In this document: positions 10,828-21,200 of the stretch, in pieces | How the letters are laid out: each line of letters begins with the position of its first letter | How positions within the stretch are numbered: position 1 is the stretch's first letter | Assembly (NCBI GenBank): GCA_051294375.1 | Contig: CM119266.1 | Coordinates: forward strand, 7,085,431 to 7,149,430 | Reading direction: 5' to 3' | Length of the DNA stretch: 64,000 nucleotides | Origin: Paraspadella gotoi | Lineage: Eukaryota > Animalia > Chaetognatha | The notes under the pieces: generated by a model | Seen by the model: the letters and a program-made list of their open reading frames with translations, nothing else | Told to the model about the DNA's origin: nothing | Databases searched by the model: none | Made by a program: the position numbers and the translations under genes

Positions 10828-13800
10828 TAAAAATAATAATAATAATAATAATAAATAATTAATAATAAAATATAAATATTTTATTTTTAATTTTATTTTT
10901 TTTAATTATAATTATTATTTTTATTTTTATTATTATTATTTATTATTATTATTATTTTATTATTATTATATAATCTGATAATAATATATATTTTATTATA
11001 AAATAATTTTATTTATTTATTTAAAATATAAAAAATTATTTTTTTAATTTTTTTAATTTTCAAATAAATTTAAAAAAAAATTTTTATAATTAATATATAT
11101 AATAAAAAATATTTTTAACTGAACGGGATTTTTCTGAAAAATTCAGGCCCAGGATCTCACTGTGCGCCGGTTCTAAAGCTTAGTACTACGCATAGTACTA
11201 ATCTTTGTTGGATCAAAACGAGCTCGATTTTAAAGGAAAGTTGATCGGTTTGAAGAGCGATTTTTGCGATTGCTTTTTGGCGATTACTTTTGAACGGATT
11301 GTCGGATTATGATGAAATTATGCATGTAGATAATGTTTGTAATTGTCTATCGAACGCTACCCAATTTGATATAAAACAATGATTTGTTTAGAAACGATGC
11401 TCATCCCCATAATAATATAAAGTTTAGCCTGCCTAACCTAAATTTAATATAGGATAATCAAAACCGAAGACTTTGTCCCCCAAAAAAATGGCTGGAGGGC
11501 AAATATAAGATTATTTAATTCTGATTGGCTTTAAGGCCAGGGATCACTCAACCTAAAATTGTAGACATCTTAATTTACTGTATCTTAATCATTTTCTTAC
11601 ATCTTGTAAGAGGTTTTCTATTTAAAAATAATCGAAACTTTTAAAAATCTACCCAAAATGTTCATAAAAATTTAAAACAAATTTTTTTTTCGGTAAACTA
11701 GATTTTCAAAAGAAAAATATTTTTTTAACTGTAAGCTAAATTTCTACAACCAAATTTTCAACTTAAAACTGATTCTTTACAGTAAACTCAATTTCTTACT
11801 TCTATATTTAATTCTTCTTTTGGTACAAGTACATACTTGGAGTTGTATCACTTATAAGTCTAAAATAAACTACTCTACACTTTTCCAGATGAATTTTTAT
11901 GCTTTTATGAGTTTTATGAGTTAAAAAACTTATCAGATTTATTTGAAATTGGCTTTTTACTTCATGTAAATGTTTATATCATAATATAGTTGCCCTATTT
12001 TCAAGGGAATCTCTGAAAAAAAAAATCAAATCTGAATTAAAAAAATTAAAAACAGTAAGCCATTTTTTTAAGACTTTGGCGTTACAAAACTCCATCATCA
12101 CATCCCGTGCTTGTGTATGTTGTGGTGAATCTTGCAAAAGTAATTAGTACAGAATTTAACTTTCTTGACGAAGTGAAGTTAAAAACGAAGAGTTGCAGCT
12201 CAAACCGTTGGACTCTTCTTGAAGAAAAAAATATCTTAGGCAAGAAAAGAAAGATGGGGGAGATTCTATGAGCGCGTTTTTTGGAAAAATGTTTTTCGTT
12301 TCAAAGATATTAAGGAATTAATCACAAAAATTTACTAAAAATATCAAAATTTCTATAAAGGAAAAGGCAAATTTTGAAAGTATCTTTTCATAAAATCGGA
12401 GTTCGTTACCTAAAGGTAATTCATGTTAAATTTCATGAGAAACCGCCTTACCGTTTGGGCTGCAACTCTTCAAATAGGTTTCTTTTATTTTATATAGTAC
12501 CAAAAAAATCGAAAAAACGATGACGCCTTTGAAAAAATAGTAAAGTGAATACATTTTCGAAATCGTCAGCTCTCCTTTCGAAATCCGAGCTCGGCTTTAG
12601 CCTAATTATAATTTGAAATGAGTGATCCCGGACCTTAATAAATCGTTTTTTGAGGCTTTTTCATGATACCCATTAGGCCGGAACAGGTTGAAAACTGGAA
12701 GTTCTCTCAAATAAATAATGGTTAAGTGACTGCTAGAGAACGGGGGGACATGTGTGAGGCATCTCCCGACAGCTGGCGCTCAGGGCTTTGGACCTGCAGT
12801 GACCACCCCATGTCACTGGCGTGTTTATGCCGACACCATCACACTTTAACCAGCGTGACCATGAGGGGATTAAACCAGGAACTCACGGTTGGTGAACGAG
12901 TACTTAGCTGTCCAAGCGAATGGGACGAGCTGAGTTTTACCAAGCTATATGGGAGGCAAATTTAGGATTTGCCACACATGCCCCCTCAAGACAGCACACT
13001 GGGGTCCTCAAGCCCAGAGTGACTGTCTTGAGAGTAGACGGACTCTTTGCCATAGTGAGAGCGAGCGAGCGAGAAGTAGGGCATAGGCGTGGGATGCATA
13101 CCCTTAAGCAACGACGTGAGCGACGGTACGCAGCAGTTGCGTGTTCGATAGTAGGGCTCACCACTTATGGCAACGGGGGGACATGTGTGATGCCTGGGGT
13201 GTGAGGCATCTCCCAACAGCTGGCGCTCAGGGCTTTGGACCTGCTGTGACCACCCCATGTCACTGGCGTGTTTATGCCAACACCATCCACTTTAACCAGC
13301 GTGACCATGAGGGGATTGAACCCGGAACTCACGGTTGGTGAACGAGTACAATGGGACGAGCCGAGTTTCACCTAGCTATACAGGAGGCGAATTTAGGATT
13401 CGCCACACACCTCACGTTTTTTCCCACTGATTTAGAACATGGTATTTCCAAAGTTTTCGCAATAAATCATCTGATGTAGCTACTGTTATTGAAATTTTTA
13501 ACGATGCGTTTCGTACAATTATTTTGTGTTATAATTTATGTCAAAACTCAATAACATTAATCATTTGGTTTTGCTAGGTTACAAACTTTTTAGCCAATAT
13601 CATACTCAATATTATAGGTATTATTAATCTATTTTATAATATTTTAAATATTTTCCATTTTCATGCAAGATGGATCTGGAGTTTTGGTACGAATTGAATT
13701 CGACTGGGATCCCCGCCGTCGCTACCGCCGATCCTCCCCCGTCGTTGAGGAGGAAACCCGGCAAGTCACAGTTTTTACAGGTTCGTTTTTTGGCGACTTT

Positions 13801-16800
13801 AATTCTGCCGCTTATTATAACATTTGACGATTTAATTTATAAAATGCCTTTTTGACTCTGAATCCAGTTGCCGTGGGAATCAACAGACGGCGAATCCAGT
13901 ACTCCATTCTCAATTGCTGAAGGTGAGTCACGTGTTGTCGATCTATCACTTTTTCATTTTCAAAATTTACTCCCGCAATTATTCGATTTAAATGAAGCTG
14001 TGTCTACCAATAAAAGTGATTCAAAGCGACATGGTTTACCCTCCAGGCGAAGCGGCGATGTCCCTCCCCGTCCGTAACTCAAGTCTCCCCTCGACCAACC
14101 CTCAACCAAAGAATGTTCTCTCCACTCCCCCTAAAACAGACATGTAAGTTCACCTCACTTATTTTCATTTATTCGACGGTTTAAAGAATTATAAAAGAAT
14201 CCAATGCCACCCCGTCCCACCCTCATCCAGAGCCGCGTCCGTTCCCGCGGATTCCCCCGAATCCACCGCCACAGCCGCCTCAGCCGCCTCAGCCGCCTCC
14301 TCCGCTTCCCTCACTTCCAGCGGAAAAAAGAAGAAAAAGAAAAAGAAGAAAAGCGGCGGAGTCGGCGGCGGCGCAGTTGGCGGCAGCAGCGGCGGTGGCG
14401 GCGCCCGCGAAGCTCCCGCCTCTTCCCCCCGTCCTTCGCCCTCGGGAGATTTTCTAAACGGCGCCACAGACGGCGCCGGTTGCAGCCTGACCAACGGCGT
14501 CCTCAGCGACGCCGACGGTAATGTCTCTCCCGTCTCCTTCCACTCCCTCGATTCCAACGACGCCGCCGTCCTCGCCAACCCTGACATCACCTTCGAGTTT
14601 GACGCCCCCCTTCCCCCCGCCGACGACGCCGCTTCTCCTCCCTCGGCGCCGCGACGCCACCGCGCCGGCGCCCCCGCCGAACCCGAAGTCGCCCATAGCG
14701 CTTACACGCGACTCACGCCTAAAGTTGTCCTCGCGGACGCGCGCGAACCCGAAGGCCGAAAAGTTCGGTCGCAGACTTCACGGCGCGTGGAGGAAGCCAG
14801 CGTGGAGTTTCAGGTGGCGCTGCCGGTTGAGGACGACGCCGCCACCGACGCTGAGAAGAGAGACGCGTCGAGACGGAAACTGGCGTCTTTCGATGACCCC
14901 GAAACCGATGACGGCGCCGAAGCGGACGACGCCTTCCGAGGAGGCGGAGAGGCGGCGCCATTGACCGACGTCGAGGATAAACGCCGCTCGCGTTCGGTCG
15001 GTGATGACGAGACGCCGTCGACGACGACCGACGCCGCCGTCACGCCCTCTGCCCACGAAGACGTTACGGTAAGAAATGATGACGAGAGATTAAATCTGAA
15101 ACGGAAATATTTTTTGGGAGAGTGGTAGAATACTCGCCTGCCACGCGGGCGGCCCGGGTTCGATTCCCGACCGATGCGAATTCTGCGTACCCCCTAACGG
15201 GTAATGGTGATACTTCTTTGGTCACCCCACGCTCATCGAGACTCACGGTGTGGCAGAAAGACTCACTCCAACCGTGGAATGATTGATCACGGGCGGCCGT
15301 GCTCAGACGGCGACAGGAAATCGACACTGTAATAGATCAGAAGAGAAACACAGCGATGATCAAAAACCACAGAAAACTCATCAGTAACCCAACATCTCTC
15401 CTATTATTATTAATAACTCATGATAGCTGAAAAGGAAAGGGAGTGAATAATAAATATCGATCAATAAATAGTAAATGTAAAATGTTTTATTCGCCAAGTC
15501 CGATAATGAATCTTCCCGAAAGTTTCTTCCCGACTTCTCGATCCACATGTTCGCCCTTTGGTGTCGCTAATGACGATCGGCGATTGACCGATCATCTCTC
15601 GGCCCCTGTTCTTAGTCGAAGACAAAACAAATCGATGAGAGATTATGATGATGATGATGATGCTTATATCATCTCTCGTGGTTAAGAACCGCCACGTCAA
15701 TACCAGTGATACTTTAGATTACTCCGACATTAATATAGGATATTGCGATGATTGAAATCAGGCCGCGATGACGGCAATTATGATGATGACGATGATGGTT
15801 CGATCGGCAGAGAAGCGAAACCACGTGGGTCATCATCTTTCGATCGCGGCTTCTCTCGTTTCTCGGGATTTTTTTTTTTTTTTTTTACTTTTTTTTTTTT
15901 GGCAAATCAGCAGTTTTTCGCGATTGAGCTTCGATTCGATGTGTTTCACGTCATTCGGAAAGATTTAAAATCCTAACGATGTGGGGTCGGAAGTATTAAT
16001 TTTTTTGCGGAGTCGGCTAAATGAAAAATCGGAACGGACGGCCGGCCGGAACTTTTTGCGTGCGTGTTTGTGGAGGAGGGGTTAGTTTAAATTAGAAAAA
16101 AAACAAATTTTATTGCAACGGGAGGATTGCCTGTGATACCTGGGGCGTGGGGTTTCTCACTCACTGTCTGCGAGCCCTCAGTGACCGCTTCCTGTAACTG
16201 GCATGTTTAAACCGGCTCCGTCACATTTAATCCAAAACCGGGAAACCCAGGGATTGAACCCGGGACGCACGGTTGAAACGAGATGATTTAGTCTTGATGT
16301 AGCCATTGAGACGAGGCTGAGGACGGACAGCAGTGAGGCAGCCGAGTCGTGCTGCCACAATTTTTTATGAAGTTTCAATTATTCGCCTTAAATTTGTCCT
16401 ATCTTTTTCGCGACTCCTGTTTAAAAAGGACATTCCCTTTTCAGTTGACGGGATCTTCGACGACGCTGGCCGGAATTAGCGACGCCGCCGCCGCCAATTA
16501 CCCGCTCATCGACGCCGCCTCCGGCGAGGAAAACAACGACGACGACGAAGACAAAGTCGACGAGGACGATGACATAATCAACGGCCCTAGAACGCCGTCG
16601 CCCATTCAGGGTTTGTCGGCCAACGGTGAGACCGAAAAAAATATATTTTAATACTTTAACTCTATTAAAAATGTCCAATGATAAAAATGAATAGGCGAAG
16701 ACACCGTCTCCAATTCGGCAGCGCCACTGGCGAGTCCCGAGGATCTCACCGACATCAGTACGAGTTGCGGTTCCTCCGTGCAGTCGGCCTGCTTCGAGGC

Positions 16801-18228
16801 GCCGACATCCCACTCCTTGACGCAGCCGCCCGCCGCGGAGGGCGACGAACCTCGACGAGCACTGGAGGAAGAAGCGGAGCTGGCGGCGCAGGGGCCGGCC
16901 GACGCGGAGCCGACCGCGGTCGACGTCGGCGCCGAGACGGAACCCGCCGCGGCTGACGCGTCGTCCAGCGGCGACGCAACCTTGGATCCGGCGGGCGGCG
17001 AAACCCTCGCCACAATCACTCTTCCTCCGGGCGCGATCCCGATCAACCCCGTCCCGTCGGAAGTGGTTCTCATCGACCCATCCACGATGCTGCCCTACGC
17101 GACGATGCCCCACTTCGCGGTCCCTATCCCAGGCCTTCATCTGCCCGACGGGACTGACCTTGACCTCACCAAACCGCCCCCGACGGCCCACCCGCAACCC
17201 GTCTTTGCCCCGCAGGGATCTTTCGCCCCCGGCACTTACCATTTGCCCCCAGGCGCCTCCTACGCCTACCCTTACCCTCATATCATTCCTTACGACGCCG
17301 CGGCTGCTGCTGCGGCGGCTGCTGCCGCTGCCGCTTCTCCTGTCGTCTATCCCACGATGACGCAATACTCGACGAACGCCGATGGAACTCTTTCGTTGGT
17401 CTCACCCGTCTTGATTCAGCACCCTCACCACCCGGGAGCTCCGTTGCTCGCCGGGCCGCTGTCGCAGCCGATCGTTGCGCCGAGCGGAGGCGGCGGTGTC
17501 GGCGTCGCAACTGTCGGCCCCGAGGCTTCGCCGGCGTCGGCGGAGGAGACGTCGCCGGAAGCTGCGAATCGCAAAACGTTTTCGTCGGAAGAAGCGACAG
17601 AGAATCTGAAGAACCTTTTGAACATCGCCACCGACAAGTCTCCGTCCACCGTCGTCGCCTCCGAAGGTGCGGAATCCGCGAGACACGATCCCAGAACGGG
17701 CATTCGCGGTGACGGGGATGGCGGCGACGGGGGTCGCCCGGTTTCCTACTATTTTCTTAGTCCCCAATCCTATCTCCAACCCCGTCTCCATCATCCTTCC
17801 CTTGTCCAACCCTTCGTCCAATCCCGCCCTCATCCCTTTGTCCCGACCCAACACCTTCCCTATGTCCTTCCCCCTCTGCATCATCCCTTTCTCACTCCCC
17901 GTCTCCATCCCGTCCAACTCGACCCCGCAGTTGCTCTCAGTTCCGCAGCGGAGGGCGACCTCCATCCGCCCGTCAACGGCCCCCGCGTCGAAGGCGACTC
18001 CGTCCCTCCTCGAGCCTCTCAATCTTCGGAATCGAAATCTTCGCCCCCGAGCGACGGGAGTCAGTCCAAAGGTAACGGGGTTAGCCCGACGGCGCTTTCT
18101 CTCTGACGAAAGCTTCCTTTGTTAAAATATGACTTTTTGAAAAACAAAAGACGTACGAGTTGCTGTCCAGGGTCATGTACTGTTCAATTCACTTCACTTC
18201 GCTTCAGTTCAGTTCAATTTTCTCTCTC

Positions 18229-18280
<52 letters not shown>

Positions 18281-21200
18281 ATACCCATATAATGATGAAA
18301 AATTGCAAGATTACTTGCTTTACTATGAAAGTTGCAAAATTACTTGTTTCTCTATCTTTTGCGTTTGCGACGATATTGCTGTGGTTTTGCACATAAGTGA
18401 CGTCGTCGTCGGCGTTCCAAATTATAGATCGCCTTTTTTATGATTAAATTAGGTGTATGAAGCTGAAAATTTATATACAGCTTCTCATCATCAATGTCCT
18501 TTAAATTGAGTCAGGACAGTTATTAAATATGTTTTGTTTACGTTTTATCAAAACAAACAAATTTTCTCTCTTTTATTTTTATATTTCTTTTTCTCTCTCT
18601 TTTCTCTTTTAATTATATGTCTTTCTCCCTCTCTCTTTTCCCTAGTCACTGATTCATAGGGAAAAAAACGAGTTTGCAGCTGGCTCTGCAGGGGCTCTCT
18701 CTTTTTCTCTCTTTTTTCCTGTTTCTTCTGCTGCTGCCTTTTGATTTTTTTTTCTATTTCTCTCTCTCTCTCTCTCTCTCTCTTCGTTTTTATTGAAAAA
18801 AAAATTGAATTAGGATTGAATTCGTGCATGTTATCATTTTGCTATCGCAACATCGGGTTTTTTTTTTTTTTTTTTCTCAGTGGTTGTGTCTGCTGATCAG
18901 TTTATTTTTTGACAATGAAAAAGTTTTTTTTTTAATTAACAATCGCAAAATAGAATTTTTCTTTGTTTATAAATTAATTTTCTTTTCTAAAATTTTATTT
19001 TTTTAGTATCAAAATTTGTCGTCAATCCAGATTTTTCTTATGCGATTGCGACGATCCTTATGCTTTTAAGATTTTTATTTTTTAGATTTGAAATAACTAT
19101 ATATTAGAATAGAAATTTTTGTGTTAATTATTATTTTTTTATTATTTACGCAGGTTCCTCGACGACCTCTATACGACCGGTTCGAAGAAACAAAAAGAAG
19201 CGGCCGGCCGATTATTACCTGCGCTGCAACGGGGAAGTTTCGAGTAAGCGCCTTTCTAAATTTTTTTTTCGTTGTAAAATTAAAATGAATGAATCTGATT
19301 TTACTTTATTTTTAACCTAGTTAACAACGAACAATCGGCGACTGAGGGCGAAGACGCCGCTAAATCTCCTAACGAATTGAATCCCCCGAAGGACAGGTGA
19401 TAAAGGAAACATGTGAACTGTACTGTAAATAAAAGAAGAAAGCTTCGGCTTGTGTTACTGACATGAAAATGATCCTTTTTGTTCAGCGTCGCCGCTCGAT
19501 GCCTCTCCGTCGGGTCCAACTGCTCGTCGTCTTCCGGCGTCCTCGGTCCCTCGACGACGACGACTTCCTCCGGCGCCGAACAATCTCCCAGTAGTTCGCC
19601 GGAACCCAACGGCGCCTCGGGCAAGCAGCTTGTCGACGCGGTCTCTCTGCCGCTGACGGCGCCGCTATCCGTCTCCGCGGAGGCGGCCGCCGACGGCGTC
19701 CTCGATCGCGTCGTCCAAATCGAGTCTCCGGACTCTGTCATCAACGAACCTCTTCCGCCCGACTCCTTCGCCATGCCGCCGTCCGAGGAATCCCCCGTCA
19801 CCCCGCGAAATGTCGAGGACAAAAGTTCTACGCAGCCTCAGTCGCAGCAGAATCCTCCGCAGCAGCAGCAACAGGTGTCTCCCCGGTCTCCGTGGGACAG
19901 GATACGTTCTCGAGCAGACCCCAGCCTCCAGTCGCAGTGTCCCGTTGTCGGGAGCGATCAAAAGGCTCCAGAGACGACTGCGACCCGCTCTTCTCTGGCG
20001 GATGTTTCCCGCGACCCTCAGCCGACTCTGTCAACGACTCTCGGCGAAGAGGCTCGGCCGGAAACGGTGGACCGCATCTCTCCAGCCGACCACATGACCC
20101 TCAGCAGCATTTCGGACAACAACAATGTAATCGAGAAAAAGATCGTCGATATGGAACCGGTGACCGGTTCCATCGAGGAAATTCGGGATGTGGAGAAAGG
20201 AGCCGAGACGATGCCACAATCGTCGGACAAATCGACGACGGACTCGATCGCCCAACCCGCCGTTGTTTCGGGCAACGAACTCGCGCCTTCAAAGGACGAT
20301 AACGACGATGCCGCTTCTGCCAAACCCGCGTCGACACTTCGGGCTAACTCCGACGAGGGCGTCGGTGCCGTCTCCGCCACTCCAGTCGCTCCAGTCCCTG
20401 CTGCTCCCTCAACGACTCCAACGCCATTGAGAAATGACTCCAAAGACTCTAAATCTACCGTCAATGAGATTCCTAACTCGTTCTTACCGCCGCCGCCGCC
20501 GCCTCCCGTCGCTGCTCCCGCCGCTGCTCCCGCCTCCGTCAAACCCGCGACTTCGAACCCTTGGGCTTCGGGAAAATCCTTCGCGCAGCTCTTTCAAGGT
20601 TTGAGGGAAAAATAACGAATTAAGTACGAAATTTTAGCGGTGGCACTTGTAAACAGATTTGATAGTATTTTGTTTAATGAATATTTTAATGTGCTTTCCA
20701 AAATGTATTTTGCGGAATTACAACAAGGAAATGTTTTCACGTGATATCCTCTGACAAAATCACTGTCCAAAAAGTTTATTATTAACTAATTAATTCGCGG
20801 TTATCTTCGACCAAAAAGTTAGTTTTCTATCGAATAAGTTCTAAACATGATCGCTCTCTGCTCCTCCAGATCGGTCCAGCGTGTCGTCACCGGCGTCGTC
20901 GCCCGTCCCGCGTCCGATCCCCACCTCTCCTTTCATAAACAACCACTCCGCCTCTCCAACCGCCTCCGTAGCCAGGGTCCACTCAACAGTCTCCCCCGTC
21001 GCCGTCTCCAACTCCGCCGCCCACGCCCATAATCACGCCGCCAACGCTGCCGCTCGCAACGGCGTCTCTCCCGCGCCTCACGCCGTCCGGGCGTCGAAGG
21101 AATCGACGCCCAACGGCGCCGGAGATTCTTCGATCCCGGAAGACGAGAGAAACCGACGCCTTCTTGCCAAATTGGGAGGTAAGTCCTTGTTATTGGGGTG

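Larger units (their letters stand above)
12739..13407 (-). mobile_element. Miniature non-autonomous LTR element (TRIM/retrozyme-like, family B)
   Basis: LTRs 12739-12976 (end eroded) and 13166-13407, reading TGTGGC...GCCATA on the - strand. PBS TGGTGAGCCC (13163-13154); PPT GAGGGGG at ~12987-12981. Confidence 0.85.

Noticed and set aside
10500-11110. Extremely AT-rich block as an organellar insertion
   Set aside because: No tRNA, rRNA or ORF features; it is the low-complexity interior of the CACAGTG-bounded element and may include sequencing error.
12916-12926. GCGAATGGGAC matches the HDV ribozyme 3' end
   Set aside because: No upstream complementary P2 strand or P3/L3 motif; partly deleted in the sister LTR.
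13385-13410. Hairpin plus ACA suggesting H/ACA snoRNAs
   Set aside because: The ACA is the reverse complement of the LTR TGT terminus. Copies occur in both orientations, with TSD, PBS and PPT.
16421-18022. Long minus-strand ORFs (314 and 206 aa) and similar antisense ORFs elsewhere
   Set aside because: Shadow frames of GC-rich exons with no recognisable domains.
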